Assembly (NCBI RefSeq): GCF_004010195.1
Contig: NC_057719.1
Coordinates: 49,313,336-49,377,335, forward strand
DNA from: Chiloscyllium plagiosum
Taxonomy: Eukaryota
Length of the DNA: 64,000 nucleotides
Reading direction: 5' to 3'
The notes beneath the pieces were generated by a model. The model saw only the letters and a list, made by a program, of their open reading frames with translations. It was not told the origin of the DNA and ran no database searches. A program made the position numbers and the translations under genes. Within the stretch, counting starts at the first letter, position 1, and every line of letters starts with the position of its first letter. Of the stretch, positions 1 to 13,494 are shown one piece after another.

Positions 1-339
1 AACACCAAGTTATAGTCCAACAGGTTTAATTGGAAGCACACTAGCTTTCGGAGCGACGCTCCTTCATCAGGTGATTGTGGAGGGCTCGATCGTAACACAG
101 AATTTATAGCAAAAATTTGCAGTGTGATGTAACTGAAATTATACATTGAAAAATTGATTGTCTGTTAAGCCTTTCATCTGTTAGAATACATTGATAGTTT
201 CACTTCTTTCATGTGTAAATCACAAAACCCCTTTTTTAAAAGTTGCATTCTCGGGTTAGCTAACCGAGACTATAACCTGGTGTTGTGTGATTTTTAACTT
301 TGTACACCCCAGTCCAACACCGGCATCTCCGAATCATGA
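1..339 (-). mobile_element. Penelope-like element (family B) pLTR fragment with inverted tail, cut by window start
   Basis: Bases 1-75 match 52757-52830; 268-339 is the reverse complement of the same terminal sequence seen at 52711-52782; carries a hammerhead core on - strand. Confidence 0.75.
36..75 (-). ncRNA. minimal type I hammerhead ribozyme motif (intact core)
   Basis: Minus strand reads aucac-CUGAUGA-a-GGAGC-guc-GCUCC-GAAA-gc-UA-gug: both core boxes, 5-bp stem II, palindromic AGCU in place of stem III, cac/gug stem I. Confidence 0.8.
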
Positions 340-1744
340 AAAACAGGGTCAGTCTTAATTTTTTTCCCAGCTGTATCCTTGGTCACGTCGCATGTACATG
401 CAATTAGATGCTTTCCAACTTGAATTGTGATCTCTGAACTTGAATATATTACCACTGCGTGTGAAGATATCATCTCTGTATGTGATGACACCACCTTTGT
501 GTGCTGTAATGTGTTTGTTATTAGTGACCTATGAGAATGGCCATCCTACACTCTTTGCCCTTCACACTATTCCAAGTCCATTCTATATCAGGATAAGTGA
601 GGTCCCCCATTATCACAACTCTGTATTTTTGTACATCTCTGTAAGTTCTGTGCATATTGCTCCTATGCATCTTTCTTGCTAGTTGGTGGCCTGCAGCATG
701 CAGAAAATTAATGCAATGTTGCCTCTATTGTTTCTTCAATCTAATCAAATAGATTTGCTCTTGACCCTCCCAGGACATCCTCTCTCTCTGTAATAGTCCT
801 CCTAATCATTACAGCTACCTCTTCCTTTTTCTTCTTGTCCTTACCTTCTGTGAAAATTTGGCATGCAGGAAAATTTAGTGCTTGATCCTGTATTTTATTT
901 GAGTAAATTCCTTGTTATTGCCAGGGCATCGTATTCCATGTAACTATGTGACTCTTTAATGGAAAATGTGGTACAATTTTCTCTTTGTAATCTCTTACAC
1001 CATATTTAGTTTTTAAATTTAATTTACTTGTCTTAAGTAATTAAGTTAGTCATTAGAAATTCATGGATGATTAATTCCCAGCATGTTTATTTTCAAAAGG
1101 AACTCATGCAGTGTTTAATGAGAAGAAGCTACTTATGATATTTGGTCAAACCCTAATGAAGCATTTTAATGGGATTGAGCTGGTAACTCTATGGATATAC
1201 ACATTTCTGCACACATGAGCACACCTATGATTTCCAGCCTGTTTATTTGTAAAAGAAACCTTATTGCTTTTATGAAAACTAAAGTCGATCGTTTGGTTAA
1301 AATTTAACACGATTTTAGTTTAGTGAGCTATGAAGTCTTTTTATGGATACTTATGCATGTGCTGGCACGTAAAGTTTCCAGAATGTATTTAACTTTTGAA
1401 AAAAGAAACACAAAAGCTCTTTTTAATCTCATGATCTTTGGATAATGTCGCTGTGGGATATATTGGATCCCTATCCATTTTCGTACCCACCCAATATTCC
1501 ACCGTAATTTGCAGCCAATGGAAATACCTGCCCTAAAGTGGATGGGTGTATTTAAAAGGAACAATAATGACATGCTGATCTGTCAACTGTCCCATTTTCT
1601 TTCATTACTGTCTCATTATCACCCAACGACAATCACACCCATATAAAATATGCTAGGCAGTAAGTGAAAAGAAAAGCTTGATTTTAAAGACTCAGCAGTT
1701 CTTTTTTTGGGAGGATTCGCCAAAAAGTTATTTCTTGACTAAAA

Positions 1745-2760
1745 AAAGGAAAATGCCGTAAATCTAAAATTAAAAACAAGAAATGTTGAAAATGCTCAGC
1801 AGTATCTATGGACAATGAAACAGAGCTAATTGGTTTTGCCAGAATTGGAAAAGGTTAGAAATGTAGCAAGTTACAAAGAAGTGCAGAGGCAGGTAAAGTG
1901 GAGAGGGGAGCAAGAACGAAATGGGAAGTGTGGAATGTAGGAAAGATTATTTGGCAGAGGCGATGATAGGTAAAAGGAGATGGAAATGGGACAGGTAAAG
2001 TAAAGATGTGAGAATGGAATAGCCAAGAGGTCATCAAGACCTTTTGCCTGACAAAATGGTAGCAGTGTGGAAGATTGTCTGATTGAAAGATGAGGTATCG
2101 GTCCTTAAATTTCATTGGAAGAGTACAAGATGCTGAGGTCAGAGTCAAAATGGGATCAGGAGAAGGAGCTGGATGAAGAGTTAAAATAACAAATAATTAG
2201 AAGTTCAGTCATGTTTGCTGACTGAATCTGTTCTGCAAAGTGGTCATCCAATTTGCATTTATCTCACCGGTATAAAGGAGATTACGTTGTGACCAGGCAG
2301 AAACATTTGAATGAATTGCTGATGACACAGTGAAAAACCTACTAGGCTCTTGAGGCACAGTGTTAGTGTCCTTATCTCTGATCAACACCCTCCTGCTTCA
2401 AAGGTGTGTAGCTGCATCTCTGGACAGTTCAATGATAAAATATCTACATTATGAGGGGAGAATGCAGCACCGTAAATACAATGAAATACAGATAAATTGC
2501 TGTCTCAACTGGAAGGAGTGCTGGAGAACTGGTAAAGGAAGAGGTTAAAAAGAAGCAAGTGTTAGATCTCCTGTGGGAAGATGTCAGATGAAAGGGAGAG
2601 AGGGTTAGCAGCAATTTGAGTATCTCAGAGAAGGAATGCCAGGAATAGTTCATTTACAACAGTGAAAGAAGAGGAGAATAGTGAAATGTTTGATGCTGAA
2701 GATGTTGAAGATGTTACATTAGATATAGAGGTTTGTTGGTGCAGGGTGAGGATAATAGAT
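1745..2760 (-). mobile_element. highly degraded Penelope-like relic
   Basis: Starts with a decayed version of the PLE terminal motif (aaatgttgaaaatgctcagcag...gaaacagagctaat) followed by purine-rich sequence like the younger copy at 34.4-34.7 kb; no intact motif. Confidence 0.35.
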
Positions 2761-3009
2761 GTCTATCATGAATTCTGGAGGGAGGGAAAGAGTTGAGAGC
2801 AGAAGTGCAAGAAATGAAAAGGATATGATTAAAGGACTGGCTATTTATGATGAAAAGGAAGTGGTAAACTGGATAGGATTAAAGTGTCATATGACTGAAT
2901 CTTACTTTTTTTGGCAAAGTGTGGTGAAATGTTTCTCACCATGAGACTGAATGGATTTACTTGTCATAATTTACCAAACTTGCCAAGTTAACTTTATCAC
3001 ATCTGATTT

Positions 3010-4165
3010 CTGCTCCATCTTACCATGCAGGGTTTCTGACTCACAACAAATATCTGGCAGGATTTGACAAAATCAGCAAGGACTTACTTGTGAAATGGAA
3101 ATCATCCTTGACTGGAATTCTTTGAGCATGCAACTAGTAGGGTTGATGAGGGGAGACAGTGGTTTACTTGGTTTTTCTGAAGATTTTTGACAAAGTCCCA
3201 CTCAGAGATTAGAGTGTAAAAGTAAAGTGCTTGGGATTGAAGGTAATGTACTGAAATGTATTTTTAAAACATTGGTTGGCAGACAGGAAATAAACAGGTA
3301 TTTTTCTGAATGGATAGCAGTGAGTAATGGAGTACCCATTTGGTCTCCTTATTTGAGGAAAAATGTTCTTGCAAAACAGGGAGTGCAGTGAAGATTTACC
3401 AAATTGACTCCTGGAGAGGTGGGATTGACAGATGAGGAGATGTTGAATCATTTAAGGTTATATTTTGTAGCGTTTAGAAAAATGAGAGGGAAATCTCGTA
3501 GATCGCATATAACATTCTAACAGGACTGGACAGGTAGATGCAGGAAGGATGTTCCTGATGATAGGGGAGACCATTCCAGGGAATCACAATCTAAGGATAA
3601 GGGGTAAACCATTTTTGGACGGAGGTGTGAAGAAATTTCTTCACCCAGAGAGCAGTGAACCTCTGGAGGTATTGAGAAAGCAATTGAAGCCAAAACGTTG
3701 TGTGATTTCAAGAAGAAGTTGAATATAGCAGCTGGGGCTAAAGGGATCAAAGGATATTAGATTACATTACATTACATTACAGTGTGGAAACAGGCCCTTC
3801 GGCCCAACAAGTCCACACCGACCCGCCGAAGCGAAACCCACCCATACCCCTACATTTACCCCTTACCTAACACTAGGGGCAATTTAGCATGGCCAATTCA
3901 CCTGACCCTGCACATCTTTTGGACTGTGGGAGGAAACCGGAGCACCCGGAGGAAACCCACGCAGACACGGGGAGAACGTGCAAACTCCACACAGTCAGTC
4001 GCCTGAGGCGGGAATTGAACCCGGGTCTCAGCCGCTGTGAGGCAGCAGTGCTAACCACTGTGCCACCGTGCCGCCCACTAATGGGGAAAAGCTACTGGAT
4101 GAATGGCCATGATCAAAATAAATGACAGAACAGGTTTTAAGAGCCTAATTGCTTCTATTTTCTAT
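3010..4165 (+). mobile_element. old CR1-type LINE 3' fragment, interrupted by an HE1 SINE
   Basis: Decayed similarity to the RT and 3' region of the younger CR1 copies in this window (gaagatttttgacaaagtcccac; tttcttcacccagagagcagtgaacctctgga). Confidence 0.65.
3757..4076 (-). mobile_element. HE1-type tRNA-derived SINE, full length
   Basis: Minus strand begins gggcggcacggtggcacagtggttagc (A box) then gggttcaattccc (B box); LINE-like 3' end and (GTAAT)n tail; near-identical copies at 24.0, 33.8 and 60.0 kb. Confidence 0.92.
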
Positions 4166-4214
4166 GTTTCACTGAAGATCCCAGAATTGACTGGCATTCC
4201 TGAGGGGCATAGTT

Positions 4215-5600
4215 CCTGATGTTTGTGCCAGGGGCTTTCTGGGCCTGGTTCTGGAGATCCTGCTGGATGCAGTACACACAGGTAGAACTACTACTTCCCA
4301 AGGACCAGACCATGCCAGCCTGCTATAATATTGCCAATCTGGTTTGAGCAGTCTCAGCCATTTGGAACAATCAGTTCTGTAGGAAGAAGCTCAGGGTCCT
4401 CTATATTTCACCAGGGTAACAACCACCATCTTCTCTCTGATACTTGGAAATTATTTTGCTTCTGTTGCTGGACCCATCTCTCACCAAAGCTCACGCTCGA
4501 CCACTTTCACTGTTGCAACATGCCCGCTCAGCCAGCCCAACTTCTGACACCAGGAACCCTGTTGCCTACTCACTCACTTGGACATTTCCTCCCCTGCACC
4601 AACAGTACAGGCTGTGCCACCCACTTTCATCTTGCACAACACCTGCCTCTCTCTCTCATTCTAGGAGCAAACCAGCCTATAATAGGGCAGAAAGAGCCAA
4701 GCTGGATAGTGTACTGCCCAGTATTTGGCTCCTTACCCCTTATGAGGAGACAATCCTGACTCTGACCACTCCAGGCTGGGCCTGGACAGCTAACAGTGGC
4801 TGCCCTTGACTTACTCTGCCTGAGTCAAGGCCATCTCCTGCAACCAGAGTGAGGCTTGCTGTCAACAATGACAAATTTCCTGGCTTTGTGTCAGTGCTAA
4901 TGACAAGGCAAGGTGGTAATACCATGAGCCTGGCATCAGGTTGTGGGAGAATACTGCAAAAAGCCAGTGCAAGGCAGTTCAAAGCAGAATGGTGTGAGCA
5001 TCCAGGTAAGCTCAGAGTGAGTAAGTGCTATGACAGTGAGTGAACAGCTCAGATATATGATGTAGCCTGGTCCAGTTCATGAGCTGGGTGCGTGTTCCTG
5101 AGCACAGTGTCCTTGCTGCAGCACTACAATGATAGTTACCAGTGTATCTCAAGTGCAGCACTGAAGTGCAGAAACGTCCTGTAACTGGATGATCAAGGTT
5201 GGCACATGGGTGTGGGGTTCATGTAGCCAGTATCCATGAAATATGCTGGACATAGTGACTCGATGGTGTCCAACATGGAGGTCTTTTGGAGCAACAATAA
5301 ACTGAAACCACCAAGAACTCACTCTAGTCTACATGTCGCATTTTTCCGATTACTAGTTTATGTGGTGAACTTAGTAAGTTCACAACCTGTTGTGAGTTGG
5401 CTATCAACAAACAATAATGAGCATGTTGGGAATTTATGTCCATCTAGTGAGAATCACGCCATAAGACACAGTGAGATGATCTCAACATTGAGAAGCGATT
5501 CACTGAACAACTCACCCAATTGTACCCATATCTTGCCGAGGCCCCAGTGCTCAAGCTGATAAGAATCTGCCCTCAGGGTGTCAGAAGTTAGGTTGGAGGG
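4215..5600. mobile_element. degraded Harbinger/PIF transposon (Myb/SANT-like gene on +, transposase C-terminus on -)
   Basis: + strand 4240-4410 gives, across frameshifts, LEILLDAV...QTMPACYNIANLV...QFCRKK, resembling the Harbinger Myb-like protein and the 50.6 kb copy; weak transposase-like remnant at about 5450-5550 on -. Confidence 0.5.
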
Positions 5601-6389
5601 AACAGTCAGGACAAGAGGAGAGAAAAATTCATCTGAGGGAAAAGTACAGCTGAGATAGGAAGAAATGAATTCTGTGGGGAAGAATGCTGAAATGATGGAT
5701 GATATTGAATGGAGGCTGTAAGAGCAGAGACAACTTGGACAAGTGAAATTAGTTCAATTTCTGTTATCAGACTGAGTGTGAGAAATTCAGCCAACAGTGT
5801 GTCACTGAGAACACCTTGCCAATTGTAGCCCATTTACCATGTACTTATCTTCCATGGATATTCATTAAATAGAAACATTGCCAGTTTGAAATTAAGTCAG
5901 CATTTCATGGGAAACTCAGGGCTCCCATTTCCCCTCCACTAAAGGTGATGTGCGCCAGATGAGGATACTCAATCTTTAGATCTGAGGTGAGATTTGTCTT
6001 TGTCTAACTTTGCAGCACAGATGACAGCAGCTAGAAAACTGAAACAAAACCAGAAAATACTATAAATACTAAATACTTCAGACACAGTTTGTGGAGAGAG
6101 AAAAACATAGTTAAAATTTCAGATCTTTTGTTAGGATTAGAAAATATATGTGATTTTAAGCAAGTGCAGAAGTAGGGAAAGCAGAATGGGAAAGAACAAT
6201 TGTACCGGAAAGAAAATATTAATGTTGAGGAAGTGTCAAATAGAAAAAAAAATACCTCAACAACAGCTGGCATTTGAATAAAAAGGCAGAAGTAATAATT
6301 TGAAATTGGTGAACTTGGTGTTAAGTTTGGAAAATTGTAAGATGCAGGATTGCAACATTATTTCTGAGCTGATTTGAAGAATTATTTTC

Positions 6390-6570
6390 CCTTCTTGCTG
6401 TTGAATCAGCAGGCTGAAGGTTCAAGCCACACTCCATGACTTGTACACACAACCTTGCTGACACTCCAATGCAGTGCTGAGATGTCTATTGTCAACTGAG
6501 ACAATAAACTGAAAACCTACTTGCTTTTTTCAGGTCCTAGTGGCAACCTGGGGCATGGGCCAAATATGTT
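6390..6570 (+). mobile_element. DeuSINE/SacSINE-like fragment
   Basis: gaaggttcaagccacactcca...gctgacactccaatgcagtgctgag resembles the longer copy at 40.36 kb. Confidence 0.5.
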
Positions 6571-9500
6571 GTGGTGGAAGAAAACCTACTGATTGAAGGA
6601 AGAAATATTTATGTTTATTTGACAGGGGAACGAACATTGCATGAACAATGGTCTATGTCTATATCATTTCTATTCCCATCATAAAAATGGTGTCATGTAC
6701 AAACCTCTTGCTGACTATATAGACTCACAAGGTTACATTTACATCACCTCAACAAAGCTGCAATCAACCTTTGGAAAAACTATGTATATATGCACAAAAA
6801 CAGCAATATTATTTCCTATTCATACCATGTGTGCTTGTTTTATCATCTTTACCATAATTCTGTCCTTGTGTATGATGCTTGATCCCTTAAATCTAAAGTG
6901 TTGTTCATCCAAGGTATTGCCCAGCAAACATCTATGAGTTGGCTGGCTTCTAAGTTCCAGTATTAACATATTTTTTAAGAATAAGGTAGCCTTTGCGCAA
7001 TATTAGCTACTTCCCAAAATGCAGCAAAGGTCTCCAGAGTCACAACGCAGAGAATGACATTCAGCCACTTGTGTCAATGCTGGGGTCTTTGCTATAGAAA
7101 GCAACTACATGTCCTGTTCTCTTGAATTGCCTTTTATCTTATTTTTATACACATGTTTATTTATTCTACTTTTAAAACAGAGCTCCATGCCTTAATTCCA
7201 CCAGTCCCTTTCCTTTCATTCCATTCTCTTCAAAAGGAAGTGCACTTGCTGAACAATGCATAGGAACATTGGTCATTTCTTACTTAACAAGTCCTAACTT
7301 CATTCAATTCACTTTCTGCCATCCTAACAGTTCCATTGCATGGTACTAACAGAATTATGAACAATCTCTAACAGATGCAGACATTTCACCGGAGAAACTA
7401 TAAGACTGGAAAGCATTGGAAAACATAGGTTCCACGCAAATACTTTTCTCCAAAGCATGCTAGACAAAATATCATATCTTAAATCACTCCTGTATTGTAT
7501 TCCAAATTATTATTTTCTGAAAGACATTTACAGAATTTTCATTTGAATGAATGAACTAACTTTTGCCTCATTTCCCTTGGGTATATCAGAACATGATATT
7601 ACTTTAAAATTAGACTGAGATTTCTGAAATGTGCATTGGACACCTACAGAGGAAGTACTTCATGCACTTTTAGACCAGACATACTGACGACCATATTGAG
7701 CCTTAGGCGCTCATTTTATGCCTGTATCAGAGGTGCAGAGCAATTGATTTTCCATGCTGTTGGCTAACCACATTTGTGCTTGTATTAAAATGGAGCAGTG
7801 CAAAATATTTGAGAAATAAATGATGCTTGTTATTTACAGTAATAAAAGGCTGTAATAATATGAATATCAGAAAACTGTGAAGTGCTAGTACCCATTTTAT
7901 GTTTTGTTTTATAAAAACTATATTGGTTACACTTGTACTTGCAGATGACAGCAGGCTGGAGGCAGTCTTGTTTTGATGAACATTAGCATTGGGCAAAAAT
8001 TCAAAACCTTGATCAGAGTGAGAGCTAGAGGGAAGTGTTGCTTTTAAGTCTTGTATCTATATCCCTTAATTCGAGTTAGTGATTGACAATCATGACTTAG
8101 TGTATTTGAATCCCTTTCTAATCTTGAAAACCCTCTGATTTTATTTGCATATTATTTTGTCATCCCATTCAAAAAGGTAAATGGAAATCTTAGTTATGGA
8201 AAAACACCACCCTCTGTTCCAGTTGCATCACATTTTGTTGCTTTTATAGTTAACTGCTTAATGTAACATGTTTTGTCCTGAAAATGCAATTAGAAACTGT
8301 TTGAAGAAGTTGGAATCCTTTTTGTTGCCCAGTGTCAGGTATAACAGCTCAGATATAAAATGATCAGATGAAAAGTTCTCTTGACTTTCTGTTGGCAGTT
8401 CACTGCTTTAATTCCGAACTGTGATTATTGCTATCACTTTAATATCGTAATTTCCGACATCAGCCTTGTAGATCCATTGAGATTGTCAACTGAGTTCCAG
8501 GTTTAAATGTAAGAATCAATTTGGCAAGGCTGTGTCCTGCCTGACATGTAGCCTTGCTTAAAGGGGGCTTGAGTAGGAGAACCAGGTGTACTATTTCAGA
8601 GCCTCCCAATTTTTCACTAATTCATTTTAATTGTTGGAACATAGGGACACATAAGGTGCAATTACCTCCTTGTCTAACTCTCCAATTGCTTTGTGACAAA
8701 TGATAACCTGTCCCTGAAGTGGAGTCTGGCCAATCCTTTCAAGATTGGAATGCAAAAAGGCCACAAGACATGGGAGATGAATGACAATAACTTACACTGT
8801 GAACAACTTATTTCATTTATTAGGAAATATCAAGTAAATCTTCCAAGGATAGAAATCATTATAAAGTTTAGCCCAGTCCTACAAACAATTTGCCTTTTAA
8901 AACAAGGTGAATTTTGCATTATTTAAGCTTGACTTTCAGAAATGCACAGACGAGTTGAAAGTTGACGACACATTGCATAGTAAGACTGGGGTCAACAGAA
9001 GGCAATGGTCCTGTCCACTTCCTGGGAGGTAAGGGGAGAATCAACCTTTGTCCCAGAAGTCACAGTATTATTTTGTGTGGCTCAGGAGTTTAGCTGCCTA
9101 AAGTCTAACTACCACACCCCCCGAGACAGGATGCTGACCAGAGTACCTGCAACTCTTCAGTGCCAGTGCTATTGAGAACAGTGGCAATTACTGAGTCTGT
9201 AGCAGGCCCTGGATCAGGAGCATTGTTGACAATCTTTTAATTAAAGTGACTGGCTCATTGGGGTCACCCGGCCAGGAACAGGTGAGTGGGTGAGTGGCAA
9301 TCGAGATGTCAGGGCTGTTCTTGCAAGCAGAGTTGCTGACGACCCTCATTAAGTGCCTGACCAGGAAGGGGCCCCAACTAGTTGTAGGAGTAAATGTGTA
9401 CCTGGAATCCTCATCACAATGCAAGGCATACCCTAACACTGGTAAAAATCAGTGGCAATGGAAGGAGACATTTCCGTAATCATTAATAACTGTAAGCTGT

Positions 9501-10322
9501 AACTATTACTTAACAATCAATTCCGAAACCTTCCCCATGATACGTGTCAAGCTAACTGGCCTATAGCATTCTGTTTCTTGCTTCCCTGTTCCTGAATAGA
9601 GATAAAATAAACAGAAATAAAATTCTTAAAAATATCGAAAAAATGCGACATATCCAGATTCTAGTGAATTTTGAAATATTAACACCAACTCCTTAACTTT
9701 ATCATTAGCCATCTCGACTACAATTGAATCAAAGAGCTGTACAGCATGGAAACAGATGCTCCAGTTCAACTCACCCATGCCGATCAGATATTCTAAATTA
9801 ATCCAGTCCCATTTGCCAGCATTTGGCTCAGATCCCTCCCAATTCATTTACCCATCCAGATGTCTTTTAAGTGTCGTAATTGTACCAGCCTCCACCACTT
9901 CCTCTGGCAGCTTATTCCATCTACGGACAACACTCCATGTGAAAAAGTTGCTCCTTAGGTCCCTTTTAAATCTTTCCCCTCTCACCTCTCACCTAAGTCC
10001 TCTAGTGTTGGACTCCCCATGCTGGGGAAAATACATTAGCTATTCAATCTATCCATGCCACTCATGATTTTATAAACTCCTGTAAGGTCACTCCTTAGCC
10101 TCTAAAGCCCCAGGGAAAATAGCCCCAGCCTATTCAGCCTCTCCCTACAACTCACACCCTCCAACCCTTGCAGCAGCCTTGTAAAACCTTTCTGTTCCAA
10201 AAGTACCTAACCAATGTCCTGAATAGCCTCAACATGATCTCTCAACTCCTATACTCAATGCACTGACCAATAAAGGCAAACATACCAAATGCTTTCTTTA
10301 CTATCTTGTCTACCTGCAAGTC

Positions 10323-12309
10323 AGGTGTGGACAGGATAGATCAAGTGAATCCTTAGAAGAGTATAAAGGAAGTAGGAGTATACTTAAGAGGGAAATCAGG
10401 AGGGCAAAAAAGGGACATGAGATAGCTTTGGCAAATAGAGTTAAGGAGAATCCAAAGGGTTTTTACAAATATATTAAGGACAAAAGGGTAACTAGGGAGA
10501 GAATAGGGCCCTTCAAAGATCAGCAAGGCAGCCTTTGTGTGGAGTCACAGAAAATGGGGGAGATACCAAATGAATATTTTGCATCAGTATTTACTGTGAA
10601 AAGGATATGGACGATATAGACTATAGGGAAATAGATGGTGACATCTTGCAAAATGTCCAGATTACAGGGGAGGAAGTGCTGGATCTTTTGAAATGGTTAA
10701 AGGTGGATAAATCCCCAGGACCTGATCAGGTCTAGCTGAGAACTCTGTGGGAAGCGAGAGAAGTAATTGCTGGGCCTTTTGCTGAGATATTGGTATCATT
10801 GATAGTCACAGGTGAGGTGGCGGAAGACTGGAGGTTGGCAAACATGGTGCCACTGTTTAAGAAGGGCAGTAAAGACAAGCCAGGGAACTATAGACTGGTG
10901 AGCCTGACCTCGGTGGTGGGCAAGTTGTTGGGGGGAATCCTGAGGGACAGGATATACATGTATTTGGAAAGGTAAGGACTGATTCGGGATAGTCAACATG
11001 GCTTTGTGTGTGGGAAATCATGTCTCACAAACTTGATTGAGTTTTTTGATGAAGAGTAACAAAGAAGATTGATGAGGCAGAGCAGTAGATGTGATCTGTA
11101 TGGACTTCAGTAAGGCGTTCGACAAGGTTCCCCATGGGAGACTGATTAGCAAGGTTAGATCTTATGGAATACAGGGATAACTAGTTATTTGGATACAGAA
11201 CTGGCTCAAAGGTAGAAGACAGAGGGTGGTGGTGGAGGGTTGTTTTTCAGACTGGAGGCCTGTGACCAGTGGAGTGCCACAAGGATCGGTGCTGGGTCCT
11301 CTACTTTTTGTCATTTACATAAATGATTTGGACACAAGCATAAGAGGTACAGATAGTAAGTTTGCAGGTGACACCAAAATTGGAGGTGTAGTGGACAGCG
11401 AAGAGGGTTACCGCAGATTACAACAGGATCTGGACCAGATGGGCCAATGGGCTGAGAAGTGGCAGATGGAGTTTAAATCAGATAAATGTGAGGTGCTGCA
11501 TTTTGGGAAAACAAATCTTAGCAGGACTTGTACACTTAATGGTAAGGTCCTAGGGAGTGTTGCTGAACAAAGAGACCTTGGAATGCAGGTTCATAGTTCC
11601 TTGGAAGTGGAGTCGCAGGTAGATAGGATAGTGAAGAAGGCGTTTAGTATGTTTTCCTTTATTAGTCAAAGTATTGAGTACAGGAGTTGAGAGGTCATGT
11701 TGCGGCTGTACAGGAGATTGGTTAGTCCACTGTTGGAATATTGCATGCAATTCTGGTCTCCTTCCTATCGGAAAGATTTTGTGAAATTTGAAAGGGTTCA
11801 GAAAAGATTTACAAGGATGTTGCCAAGGTTGGAGGATTTGAGCTACAGGGAGAGGCTGAACAGGCTGGGGCTGTTTTCCCTGGAGCGTTGGAGGCTGAGG
11901 GGTGACCTTATAGAGGTTTACAAAATTATGAGGGGCATGGATAGGATAAATAGAAAAAGTCTTTTCCCTGGGGTCGGGGAATGCAGAACCAGAGGGCATA
12001 GGTTTAGGGTGAGAGGGGAAAGATATAAAAAAGACCTAAGGGGCACTTTTTCACGCAGAAGGTGGTATGTGTCTGGAATGAGCTGCCAGAGGATGTGGTG
12101 GAGGCTGGTACAATTGCAGCATTTAAGAGGCATTTGGATGGGTATATGAATAGGAAGGGTTTGGAGGGATATGGGCCGGGTGCTGGCAGGTGGGATTAGA
12201 TTGGGTTGGGATATCTGGTCGGCCTGGACAGGTTGGACTGAAGGGTTTGTTTCCATGCTGTACATCTCTATGACTCTATGACTCTATGACTCTATGACTC
12301 TATGACTCT
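10323..12309 (+). mobile_element. CR1/HER1-type LINE, 5'-truncated, nested in the opposite-strand copy
   Basis: RT motifs [55 protein letters not shown]; octamer tail; AAGTC repeated at 10318-10322 and 12310-12314. Confidence 0.95.
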
Positions 12310-12310
12310 A
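12266..12310 (+). repeat. (CTCTATGA)n octamer tail of CR1 LINE
   Basis: About 5.5 direct copies at the LINE 3' end. Confidence 0.95.
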
Positions 12311-13271
12311 AGTCCACTTTCAAAGAACTGAGAACCTATGCTCCAAGGCATCCTTGTTCAGCAACTCACCCCAGGTAATCACCATGAAGAGCATTAGTCC
12401 TGCCCTGATTTGTCTTTTCAAAATACAGAACCTCATATTTATCTAAGTTCAACTCCATCTGCCATTTCTTGGCCCAGTGGCCCATCTGATCAAGATCTTG
12501 TTGTACTCTGAGGTAACCTCCTTTGCTGTCCACTACACTAATTTTGATGTCATCTGCAAACTTACTAACTATACCTCCTATGTTCACACCCAAATCACTT
12601 ATATAAGGGACAAAAAGCAGTGGACCCTGCACCAATCGTTGTGACACACCACTGGTCACAAGCCTCCAGTCTGAAAAGCAGCCCTTCACCACCACCCTCT
12701 GCCTTCTACCTTCAAGCTAGTTCTGTACCTGAATGGCTAGTTCTCCCTGTGTCTAACGTTGTTAACCAGTCTCCCATGAGGAACCTTGTCGAATGCCTTT
12801 ACTGAAGTCCATATAGATCATGTCCTCTGCTCTTGCCTTCATCAATCCTCTTTGTTACTTCTTCAAAAAATTCAATCAAGTTAATCAGACACCATTTCCC
12901 ATGCAAAAAGCCATGTTGACTATCCCTAATCAGTTCTTGCCTTTCCACATACATATAAATCCTGTCCCTTGGGATCTCCTTCAACAACTTGCGCACCACT
13001 GATGTCAGGGTCACTGGTCTATAGTTTCCACTCTTTTCCTTACCACCTTTCTTAAATAGTGACACCAAGTTAGCTAACCTCCAGTCTTCCGGCACCTTGC
13101 ATGTGGCCATAGATAATACCAATATCTCAAGAAAGGGCCCAGCAATCACTTCCCTAGCTTCCCACAGAGTTTGAGGGTACACCTGATGAAGTTCTGGGAA
13201 TTTATCCACTTGTATACATTTGAAGGTATCCAGCACTACCTCTTCTGTAATATGGACATTTTTCAAGATGT

Positions 13272-13494
13272 GAAAATGTGTTGCTGAAAAAGCGCAGCAG
13301 GTCGGGCAGCACCCAAGGAGCAGGAGAATCGACATTTCGGGCATGAGCCCTTCTTCAGGTTTCCTGAAGAAGGGCTCATGCTCGAAACATCGATTCTCCT
13401 GCTCCTTGGATGCTGCCCGACCTGCTGCACTTTTCCAGCAACACATTTTTAGCTCTGATCTCCAGCATCTGTAGTCGTCACTTTCTCCTAGAAG
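13272..13494. mobile_element. Penelope-derived fold-back insertion (family A) with hammerhead motifs on both strands
   Basis: Inverted arms centred at about 13361; 14-bp TSD ATTTTTCAAGATGT at 13258-13271 and 13495-13508; CTGAAGA-stem-GAAA on each strand. Confidence 0.88.

Noticed and set aside
3782..4125. Recurrent ORFs MWKQALRPNKS..., LDCGRKPEHPEETHADTGR as a gene family
   Set aside because: They are antisense translations of HE1 SINE copies.
8333..8338. 6-nt microexon TGTCAG
   Set aside because: Short tract and weak donor (GTATAA); insufficient without RNA data.
12266..12310. CRISPR-like or telomeric repeat
   Set aside because: No spacers; it is the ordinary octamer tail of the CR1 LINE.
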